60,242 bases of DNA from NCBI GenBank assembly GCA_964383715.1, contig CAYLHU010000001.1, forward strand, positions 17,733 through 77,974, in the 5' to 3' direction. Each line of letters starts with the position of its first letter. Position 1 is the first letter of the stretch. This DNA is from an uncultured Candidatus Saccharibacteria bacterium (GTDB taxonomy: Bacteria > Patescibacteriota > Minisyncoccia > Minisyncoccales > CG1-02-41-26). Position numbers and translations under genes: made by a program. Positions 25,640 through 33,507 of this stretch are shown here, in pieces. Below the pieces are notes generated by a model. That model had not been told where the DNA came from. It made no database searches and saw only the letters and a program-made list of their open reading frames with translations.

Positions 25640-28252
25640 CTATATTTCTGTTTGGTGTCTGACAATAAAATAATATTTAACGGCCTCAATTAAAACTATA
25701 TTAACTAAACCAAGCCCTAAAAGCAATTGCCAGTCAAAAAGATTCAAGGGAACGGTTCTTAAAAGCACTTGGAAAGGAGGCAGATAAAGAGCTCCCAAAA
25801 GCATTGCTATGCCAAAAATCCAAGCAGCAATTAAAAACCTATTGGAAAAAAGATTTATATTCCAAAGATTTCTTCGCAAGCTCTTGCAAGAGAAAATATA
25901 AAAAAATGAACCAATAGTTAACCCTGCAAAGATTATTGATTGAATGTGAGGTATTGTGTAATCAGAATATTTTAAAAGCCAGAAAAATAAACTCAAAAGT
26001 AAAATGTCAGTTATTATCCCGATAATAAAAATCAATGTTTTCATTTGTTTGGTTAATAAGGGAATATTATGATTCTGGGGTTTTTGGCTCATTAAATCTT
26101 TTTCTTTTGGCTCAAAAGCCAAACAAAGCCCAAGTGGGCCATCTTCAATGAGATTGACCCATAAAATTTGAACAGCTACAATTGGCAAGGGCAAACCAAA
26201 AACAAGGCTCACTCCAATTAAAATTACTTCGGTGAAACTATCAGAAAGTAAATAAGTGATGACCTTTCTGATATTATCAAGGATTGCCCGGCCTTCCTCA
26301 ATCGCCGCCACAATAATTGAAAAATCGTCATTAAGTAAAATAAGGTCAGAAACTTCTTTGGCAACATCTGTACCTGAACCCAGAGCCACTCCGACATCCG
26401 CTTTTTTGAGGGCTGGAGCATCGTTGATGCCGTCCCCTGTCATAGCCACGACTTCTTTTCTATCCTGCCATGCCTGAATGATTCGTAATTTATGACGAGG
26501 TTCAACTCGAGCGAAAATATTAATTTTATTTAATTTTTTTTGAAGTTCAGTATCTGATAACGTATCTAAATCTTTTCCCTCTATAACATTTTCTTTTTTC
26601 ACGACTAAATCTAATTCTTTAGCTATTGACTGGGCAGTAAGCAAATGGTCCCCGGTAACAATAATCGGCCGCATTCCTGCTTTTTTACAAATTTTAATTG
26701 CTTCTTTCACGCCCTCTCTTAAAGGGTCTTTTAATCCAATAAACCCGACAAAAGTTAAATCGTTTATTTTATCTTTCAAAATTTCTGTTTCTTTTGTTTC
26801 TTTATAGGCCACGGCAATAACCCTTAATCCTTTTTTAGTCAGATTTTCTAATCCCTGGTTTAATTCTAAAAGAGTTTTTTTGGTAATTATGTTTCTGCCT
26901 TCTTTGTTCTTGATTTTAGAACTTAAACTAATAATTTTCTCCGGAGCTCCAGAGAGAAATAAAATATTCCCCTGTCCCCTCTGATGCAGTGTAGCAATGA
27001 ACTTGTTTTGAGAATTAAAAGGGATTTCATCAATTTTTGGTAATTCCTTTTCCAGTTCTTGTTTTTTTAACCCTGCTTTTACCGCTGCTAAAATTAAGGC
27101 CTTATCTGTGGGTCTTCCTCGAATTCGCCAAAAGGGCTCTAAGTCCTGGGGATTTTCTATAAACGCTTCATTGCAGAGAGCGGCAATTTTAAGACAAAAA
27201 ACTTCAGCCTCGCTTTTAATTTCACTCACAGTCATTTTTCCTTGGGTTAAAGTTAAAGTTTTATCAGTACAGATTATTGAAGTACTTCCCAGGGTTTCAG
27301 CTGAAGCTAATTTCCTGACAAGACCCTTCTTTTTTAAAATTCTTTGCATGCCCAGAGCTAAAATGACGGTCATTGCTACTGGCAAGCTCTCGGGCACAGC
27401 AGCCACTGCTACTGCTACGGAGATAGTAAACATTTCTACAAACTCGCCTTTGGTTGCCATCCCCTCAGCGAATATAAAGAAACAAACAAGGGCAATAATC
27501 CCTCCAACAATTTTTGAAAAACGAGCTAATTTTCTTTGATAAGGAGTTTTTTTCTCTTTGGTCTCTCGGATCATAGCAGCTACTTTTCCAATTTCAGTTG
27601 AGAGACCTGTCCCAGTAACCAAAATTCTGCCTTCTCCATCCCCAACAATTGTCGCCATATAAACCATATTATCCCTGTCAGCCATCGGGGTATCTTCGGT
27701 TAAAATATTTGAGTGTTTTTCAGCTAATAACCATTCTCCTGTTAAAGACGCCTCGTTTATTTTTAAATTTGAACTTTTAATAATTCTTCCGTCAGCAGGC
27801 ACTTTATCTCCGGCCTTAAGTATTATAATGTCCCCGGGAACCAAATCTTTTTGGAAAATTTCCTTTTCCTTTCCATCTCTGAAGCATATGGACTTAACTT
27901 TTAAAATCTTTTTTAATTCTCTTAAAGCGTTTGATACTTTGTTTTCTTGGATATAACCAACAACAGTATTTAAAAAAACAGCAGCGAAAATCACTACTGA
28001 GTCGGTCCATTCTTTCAAAACTAAAGTTATAATCCCGGCGATTATCAAAATATAAATCAGAGGACTTTTAAGTTGCTCCAAAAATATTTTTAATTTGGAT
28101 AAAGGTTTTTTCTTGGGAAGTTCATTTGGGCCGAAATCTCTTTGCCGTTTTATTATTTCATTCTCCGAAAGTCCCTCTTTCAAGTTGGTTCTAAGAATCA
28201 GGGACACTTTTTCGGGAGTCAAATTATGCCAATGATGTTTGATTTTTTCCAT
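25640..28252 (-). CDS. P-type ATPase, Ca2+-transporting (type IIA/IIB-like)
   Basis: LTGEW (TGE), phosphorylation site CTDKTLTLT, VTGDH and TGDGINDAPALKKADVG. Confidence 0.88.
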   Translation of the reverse strand: MEKIKHHWHNLTPEKVSLILRTNLKEGLSENEIIKRQRDFGPNELPKKKPLSKLKIFLEQLKSPLIYILIIAGIITLVLKEWTDSVVIFAAVFLNTVVGYIQENKVSNALRELKKILKVKSICFRDGKEKEIFQKDLVPGDIIILKAGDKVPADGRIIKSSNLKINEASLTGEWLLAEKHSNILTEDTPMADRDNMVYMATIVGDGEGRILVTGTGLSTEIGKVAAMIRETKEKKTPYQRKLARFSKIVGGIIALVCFFIFAEGMATKGEFVEMFTISVAVAVAAVPESLPVAMTVILALGMQRILKKKGLVRKLASAETLGSTSIICTDKTLTLTQGKMTVSEIKSEAEVFCLKIAALCNEAFIENPQDLEPFWRIRGRPTDKALILAAVKAGLKKQELEKELPKIDEIPFNSQNKFIATLHQRGQGNILFLSGAPEKIISLSSKIKNKEGRNIITKKTLLELNQGLENLTKKGLRVIAVAYKETKETEILKDKINDLTFVGFIGLKDPLREGVKEAIKICKKAGMRPIIVTGDHLLTAQSIAKELDLVVKKENVIEGKDLDTLSDTELQKKLNKINIFARVEPRHKLRIIQAWQDRKEVVAMTGDGINDAPALKKADVGVALGSGTDVAKEVSDLILLNDDFSIIVAAIEEGRAILDNIRKVITYLLSDSFTEVILIGVSLVFGLPLPIVAVQILWVNLIEDGPLGLCLAFEPKEKDLMSQKPQNHNIPLLTKQMKTLIFIIGIITDILLLSLFFWLLKYSDYTIPHIQSIIFAGLTIGSFFYIFSCKSLRRNLWNINLFSNRFLIAAWIFGIAMLLGALYLPPFQVLLRTVPLNLFDWQLLLGLGLVNIVLIEAVKYYFIVRHQTEI

Positions 28253-28339
28253 ATTATTCTTTCATTCTAACAAAAAAAACCTTTTTTGGAAACAAAAAAA
28301 TGACGGGGTTAAACCTCGTCATATTCTCGCCAGATTTTT

Positions 28340-28373
28340 GTTACACTTTAGGACGATCGTTCTAAAGTGTAAC
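28340..28373. repeat. CGATCG-centred palindrome (gttacactttaggaCGATCGttctaaagtgtaac)
   Basis: 17-nt arms with one G.T position. Flanked by two atgacgggg...gtcat hairpins. Confidence 0.8.
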
Positions 28374-28456
28374 AACTCTTTTTATGCTCGAATAAAAAGA
28401 GTTTAAAAAAAATGACGGGGTTAAACCCAGTCATTCTCCGTCATTTTTTTTCAAAG

Positions 28457-28528
28457 TAGCCCCATCGGGAATCGAACCCGGATTTCCACTGTGAGAGAGT
28501 GGTGTCCTAACCGTTAGACGATGGGGCC
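28457..28528 (-). tRNA. tRNA-Glu (anticodon CUC)
   Basis: GGCCCCATCGTCTAACGGTTAGGAC D-arm typical of Glu. Anticodon arm CCACT-CTCTCAC-AGTGG and TTCGATT T-loop. My fold has a G1.U72 pair and one T-stem mismatch. Confidence 0.75.
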
Positions 28529-28606
28529 TAAGCCAAACTAAACGACGACGACTTAAATGAAGTTTCTAATAGATAATTTAACACAAAAACAAAAGAAATG
28601 TAATAG

Positions 28607-30286
28607 TTAATAACTTGGAGGGATTTGCCAACTATCAATAATATATTTGGCTAATTCTCCGAATAAAGGAACAACGCTGTGCCCTGACATCGTTGAGTTC
28701 TTGGGATTGTCTAATTTAATCAAAATAATGATTTCAGGGTCTAAAGCGGGGAAAAAACCAATAAAGCTTTGGATAGTTTCATCTTGGGAATATCCTTTGC
28801 CGTTTACCAAGGGGACTTGGGCTGTTCCGGTTTTCCCAGCGATAAAATATCCGTCAATCTTTGTCCTTCTCCCCGAACCATTTTCAATAACACTTATTAG
28901 CATTGAAGTTAATTTGGCACAAGTGTCTGCCGAAAGAACTTTCTTTTTAATTTCCGGTTTGATTTCAACGACTTCACCACTCGGATACACTATGCTGTCC
29001 ACTAAAAGGGGCTTTGTTATATACCCTCCATTAGCTATGGAACTGAAGGCCTGAACCAACTGAATAGGCGTTACCTCAATTCCTTGGCCGAAACTGGCTG
29101 TAGCAAAATCACGAGCATATCCGTTTTTTAGTGTTTCGTTTAGGGAAAACTCTTCTCCTTGCAAATCAACCCCTGTTTTTTCAAAAAGATTAAAATCTTT
29201 CAAGTATTCCAAAAAAAGATTTTCGCCGATTTTTTGTTCGACAAAAACCGCTCCGGTATTTATCGATTCTTCCAAAACATCGGTCATTTTTTGTTCGCCC
29301 CAGACCCTTTTTTGGAAATTACAAATAGGCGGTCCCCCCAATTCAACACACCCTTTATCTTCATAAGTCGTATTTGGTTCTATCAAGTTTTCCTCTATAG
29401 CGGCGGCAAAAGTTAAGGGTTTAAAAACCGAACCGGGCTCAAAAAGTTTTTGAGTAAGAGGATTGATAAAAGTGCCTAAATCCTTCTCTTGCCCGTATTT
29501 ATTCGGGTTGAAAGAAGGAAAAACGGCGGCGGCTAAAATTTTACCGGTATTCGGATTGCTCACTAAAACCTGTCCTGAATCAATATCCCATACTTCCTTT
29601 GCCTCTTTTAACACTTTCTCCGAAAAATATTGAATATTGTAGTCCAATGTTAAAAAAATATCAGCTCCCTGAAAATCATTTTCTTTTTTTGTCCCAAACA
29701 AAGATGTTAAATAACCAAATGGGGATTTTCCTTCCTTTTTGAATCCTTTTACTCCCTTTAGTATCTCGTCATAATATCCTTCAATCCCATATTGGCCTTC
29801 CATTTCTTCGTTCAAAAAGCCGACAATATGGGAAGCTATTTCTTCTTGGGGATATATCCTCCCCCATAATTCCTCTGTTTTAATATCCTCTTCCAATCCA
29901 CTCTCTCTTACTTTTTCCAAATTTTCTTGAGAGACCTCCCTTTTTAGTGTCTTCCCTTTCCCAAGGAGAGAATAAATTTCTTTTTCTGTTTCCTCTAAAA
30001 TAGAATCCAAAAAACGAACTTTTTCTTCAGATTCTCCCTTTAATATTTTTTCAGGGTAAATATAAATTAAATTTCTTTTTTCGGTCTTGGCTAAAGGAGT
30101 GCTTTTGTCTCTAAAAAAAATCTCTCCTCTTTTCCCTTCTATTTCTTGAGAAGAAATTTGTTGGCCTAAAGCCAAGGCCTTGTAATGTTCCCCTTTTTTA
30201 ATTTGAAGATAATAGAGCCGAAAGATAACTACTGCGGCGAAACAAAATAAGAAAAAAAATATAAATTTTATTCTCCAGTTTTCCAT
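28607..30286 (-). CDS. ftsI: Penicillin-binding protein 2 / FtsI-type transpeptidase
   Basis: N-terminal TM helix, SVFKP (SxxK), SIN (SxN) and KTGTA. Sits in the mraZ-rsmH-ftsL context. Confidence 0.88.
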   Translation of the reverse strand: MENWRIKFIFFFLFCFAAVVIFRLYYLQIKKGEHYKALALGQQISSQEIEGKRGEIFFRDKSTPLAKTEKRNLIYIYPEKILKGESEEKVRFLDSILEETEKEIYSLLGKGKTLKREVSQENLEKVRESGLEEDIKTEELWGRIYPQEEIASHIVGFLNEEMEGQYGIEGYYDEILKGVKGFKKEGKSPFGYLTSLFGTKKENDFQGADIFLTLDYNIQYFSEKVLKEAKEVWDIDSGQVLVSNPNTGKILAAAVFPSFNPNKYGQEKDLGTFINPLTQKLFEPGSVFKPLTFAAAIEENLIEPNTTYEDKGCVELGGPPICNFQKRVWGEQKMTDVLEESINTGAVFVEQKIGENLFLEYLKDFNLFEKTGVDLQGEEFSLNETLKNGYARDFATASFGQGIEVTPIQLVQAFSSIANGGYITKPLLVDSIVYPSGEVVEIKPEIKKKVLSADTCAKLTSMLISVIENGSGRRTKIDGYFIAGKTGTAQVPLVNGKGYSQDETIQSFIGFFPALDPEIIILIKLDNPKNSTMSGHSVVPLFGELAKYIIDSWQIPPSY

Positions 30287-30331
30287 TTAATCAATGCTAA
30301 TATACAAATTTAATCGCGTTGTTCGTATCAA

Positions 30332-30628
30332 TTAGCGAATTTCTCCAGCTAAATAGTTGACCGAAATGGGAATATACTTGATTTTTTCAGTTTCAGTAAA
30401 GCCGAGAAATTTTATTTTATTTTCGGTTTTTTCTAAAGAGACCAATTGATAGGACTCTTGACCTAAAGTTAGGTTTTCTTTTTCTAATTCTTTGATTTGC
30501 GATTGATTTTTTTCGATTAAATAACTCTCTTTGGTTAATTTTTCCAACTGAAAAACATAGGAGACCAATAAAGTTAAAATCAAAAATCCGTTTAGAATTA
30601 ATATAAGGTTCGAATATCTTTTTTTCAT
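30332..30628 (-). CDS. ftsL: FtsL-like cell division protein
   Basis: Small bitopic protein with a coiled coil, in the canonical position between rsmH and ftsI. Confidence 0.6.
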   Translation of the reverse strand: MKKRYSNLILILNGFLILTLLVSYVFQLEKLTKESYLIEKNQSQIKELEKENLTLGQESYQLVSLEKTENKIKFLGFTETEKIKYIPISVNYLAGEIR

Positions 30629-31512
30629 ATTTTTTTAGCAACTCTTAATTTTGCCGACCTTGAACGATGATTTTCTTTTATTTCTTCAGACGATGGGCCA
30701 ATTGGTTTTTTTGTTAAAATTTCTAAAAGGCCTTCTCTCTTTTTTTCTTTGAAAAAGTTCTTGATTAGTCGGTCTTCCAAGGAATGAAAAGAAATAACTG
30801 CTATTTTTCCTCCTTTCTCTAAGACATTTAGGGCTTGAGGGAGTGCCTTTTCAATATTATCCAATTCTTGATTAACGACAATTCTTAACGCCTGAAATGT
30901 TTTAGTGGCAAAATGGATTCTTTTTTTGGTATACCAAATCGGCACTGACTTTCTAATAACTTCAACTAATTGAAACGTTTCTTCTATTGGCAGTCTTTTT
31001 CTTTCTTCAATAATCATCTTACTAATACTCCTAGAAAACCTTTCCTCCCCATATTTTTTTAAGGTTTCCTCTATTTCTTTGTAAGACCAATTATTAATTA
31101 TTTTTTCAGCGGTCAAATAGTTTTCTCCTTTTTGGGAATATCTCATATCCAAAGGTTCGTTTTTTTGAAAACTGAATCCCCTTCCCGATTTTTCCAAATG
31201 CCAACTTGACATTCCCAAGTCAAACAAGATTCCATTTATGGGTCCGAAATCATAATTTTCAACAATGTTTTCTAAATTGACATAAGAGTCATTAACTAAA
31301 ACCAGCCCGCTCTCGTTTGTTTCTCTGTTTTTTAGTTCTTGATATAAATCCGAGTCTGTTTCAATCCCTAAAACCTGTCCATCCGGTTCAATCATTTCTA
31401 AGATAGACAAGGTATGGCCTGCCCAGCCGATTGTAGCATCAACAAAATTTTCATTTGCTTTTGGGTCAAGATAATGGAGAATTTCTTTTTGAAGAACAGG
31501 AATGTGAATCAT
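30625..31512 (-). CDS. rsmH: 16S rRNA (cytosine1402-N4)-methyltransferase RsmH
   Basis: HIPVL, DATIGWAGH, FDLGMSS and SFHSLEDR. The likely start is MIHIPVL at 31512, because the longer N-terminus (MLRIHLNSALRAS) is translated hairpin repeat. Confidence 0.9.
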   Translation of the reverse strand: MIHIPVLQKEILHYLDPKANENFVDATIGWAGHTLSILEMIEPDGQVLGIETDSDLYQELKNRETNESGLVLVNDSYVNLENIVENYDFGPINGILFDLGMSSWHLEKSGRGFSFQKNEPLDMRYSQKGENYLTAEKIINNWSYKEIEETLKKYGEERFSRSISKMIIEERKRLPIEETFQLVEVIRKSVPIWYTKKRIHFATKTFQALRIVVNQELDNIEKALPQALNVLEKGGKIAVISFHSLEDRLIKNFFKEKKREGLLEILTKKPIGPSSEEIKENHRSRSAKLRVAKKI

Positions 31513-31514
31513 AG

Positions 31515-31601
31515 ACGAAGCCCGAAGGGCTGAGTTAAGATGAATGCGGAGCATTCATCGCCTGCAAATGAGCAAAGTGAGCTCGTCGAAAAGAGAAGTG
31601 C
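31515..31601. repeat. Hairpin elements between mraZ and rsmH
   Basis: agcccgaagggct (31519-31531) and gatgaatgcggagcattcatc (31539-31559). The latter is identical to the copy at 17339. Confidence 0.85.
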
Positions 31602-32033
31602 TTAAATGCCTAATTCTTTTAACCTTTCGGCTATATCCCCTACTTCTTTTTCGGTTTTCTCTCTGTAAGAGTCCCACTTCTTCTCATCCCAAATTTCAAT
31701 TCGGTTATAAAGTCCGGCTACAATTATTTTTTCTCCCAAAGAAGCGTATTTTTTTAAATAATCAGGGATTAGAATTCTTCCTAATTTATCCAAGTTCACC
31801 TCCATCGCTCCGGATAGCATAGTTCGGGCAAATCCTCGGGCATCTGATTGAGTGAGGGGAAGTTGGGAAATCTTCTTAGCTAATTTTTCCCACTCCTTCG
31901 AAGAAAGTAAGAAAAGACAGCCATCAAGACCGCGGGTAATGAAGGCCTTTTTTCCTAATAACTGCCTAAACTTAATAGGAATAGATACTCTTTTTTTGCC
32001 GTCTATTTTATATAAGTATTCACCTGAAAACAT
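31602..32033 (-). CDS. mraZ: Transcriptional regulator MraZ
   Basis: Duplicated SpoVT/AbrB-like halves (DGKKRVSIPIKFR and DKLGRILIPDYL). Confidence 0.9.
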   Translation of the reverse strand: MFSGEYLYKIDGKKRVSIPIKFRQLLGKKAFITRGLDGCLFLLSSKEWEKLAKKISQLPLTQSDARGFARTMLSGAMEVNLDKLGRILIPDYLKKYASLGEKIIVAGLYNRIEIWDEKKWDSYREKTEKEVGDIAERLKELGI

Positions 32034-32091
32034 GTCAATTTTCTCAGCGAAGCAAGCCCGAAGGGCACCGCTGAGATGTTAGAAAATTGTA

Positions 32092-32197
32092 TACCCAGCA
32101 CTTATTTTTACAGAAGTATTACAAGGGTTTTAATTTTGTAATTCTAAACGATAATGTTAATGCCTATTTTGTGTTTCTATAGAAATAAGTGCTGGGT
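32092..32197. repeat. TIR-bounded element (acccagcacttattt ... aaataagtgctgggt), copy A
   Basis: 15-nt perfect terminal inverted repeats. The internal agtattacaaNNgttttaa is shared with copy B at 54324-54403. Confidence 0.8.
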
Positions 32198-32222
32198 TCT
32201 CGCTCGCTTCGCTCTTTTAAAG

Positions 32223-32413
32223 TTATCCCCAGAAACCCTAACTTATCCCCACCTTTATCCACAATTATCCATCTGTATCCTTTTTATCCCATTTCCCCCT
32301 CAATGTCAACCACTTTATAACCCCCCTATTTAAAGAATGAGGCTAAAGGATTTGTCTTGCTATCACGAGCTAAATGAAAAACACCCTCTTTAAAAAGAGG
32401 GTGTTTATCCACA
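32223..32413 (+). promoter_or_regulatory. Cluster of DnaA-box-like 9-mers, all in one orientation
   Basis: TTATCCCCA (32223), TTATCCCCA (32243), TTATCCACA (32255, perfect consensus), TTATCCATC (32265), TTATCCCAT (32284) and TTATCCACA (32405, perfect). Confidence 0.55.
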
Positions 32414-32493
32414 GTTTTTCCACTATTGATGTTTCTAAATAGAATTTTAGTGGCAAAAAAGATTTTTTAGAAAATCTTTAATTACTAGGAAAC

Positions 32494-33507
32494 TTACTCA
32501 ACAGGTAAACTTTCAGGTAAAAATAAGGGGATTATCTCTTCAATGGGCTTAAACTCTTTAGGAATAATTATTTCCATTTTTTTGTCAACATCAAGAAAAT
32601 TAAAAACCAAATTCAATTTTATTTTTTCAATTTCTTCCATTTCAAAGTCCTTGGCACTCATTTCTTTTTCCATAGCTACTTGGTATAAAGATGAGTCCTT
32701 TTCGTGAAGCCAAAAATCAATTTCTAAAGGATCTATTTTTTCCCAGGCAGTATCAAAATTTTCCTCAAATCCTTTCAAGAAATTATCCAATTCATTTTCG
32801 TAGATTCCCTTTTCTTCTTCGGAAAGATATTCTTTATTGGCATCCATAAGTCCAATAATAGAATCCTTAATTGTTTCCTTATCTACTCTTGTGAGGTAAT
32901 GGATAACCTTTAATTCATCAAGATTCTCCTTGCCAAGATTTTTCTTTATTTTAAAATAATTCTTTCCTTCTGCTATCTTCTTAATGTCGTTAATGAATTC
33001 CTCTTGACTAACTGCTTCCTCTTTTGGTAATTGCCCTAATTGTTCCCTTATATTATTAATGTCGATTTTTATCCATTGGTCTTTAATGCTATCAAAACTT
33101 CCTTCTAAAAAGGGAATAGTTGGCAAAGTGGTAACTTTAAAATAAATTTCATCTTTTACTCCCACAATTTCTCCTCCAACATTCACATTTATTCCTTCTA
33201 CTCCAAATGTTAAATTAAAGTCGGAAGAGGTCTTGGCGTCTTCTGTCCCGGAATCGCTAAAAGTTTCCGATATTAAAAGAGAGACCTCTACTTTTTGTGG
33301 TTCTTTATTCTCATCTCCTGTTTTGGCCCAAACTTCAGCTGATATTTTTCCTTCGATCTTAAAGTCCTTTGAATCAACAAGCTTGGTTATGGCCTTTTCA
33401 ATAATCAGCGAAGCATTGGGTGAAAAGGGACTCCAGATAATCAAAACGGCCGCGATAATGATTATTACTCCTCCTAAAATAACTAATAATAATGTTTTTT
33501 TAATCAT
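32494..33507 (-). CDS. Membrane-anchored hypothetical protein
   Basis: N-terminal TM helix followed by an acidic, probably extracytoplasmic, domain. No family recognised. Confidence 0.45.
   Translation of the reverse strand: MIKKTLLLVILGGVIIIIAAVLIIWSPFSPNASLIIEKAITKLVDSKDFKIEGKISAEVWAKTGDENKEPQKVEVSLLISETFSDSGTEDAKTSSDFNLTFGVEGINVNVGGEIVGVKDEIYFKVTTLPTIPFLEGSFDSIKDQWIKIDINNIREQLGQLPKEEAVSQEEFINDIKKIAEGKNYFKIKKNLGKENLDELKVIHYLTRVDKETIKDSIIGLMDANKEYLSEEEKGIYENELDNFLKGFEENFDTAWEKIDPLEIDFWLHEKDSSLYQVAMEKEMSAKDFEMEEIEKIKLNLVFNFLDVDKKMEIIIPKEFKPIEEIIPLFLPESLPVE

Noticed and set aside
32223-32413. Calling this region oriC outright
   Set aside because: There is no dnaA or dnaN nearby, no change of gene orientation across the site, and I cannot compute GC skew. 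It is reported only as a DnaA-box cluster.
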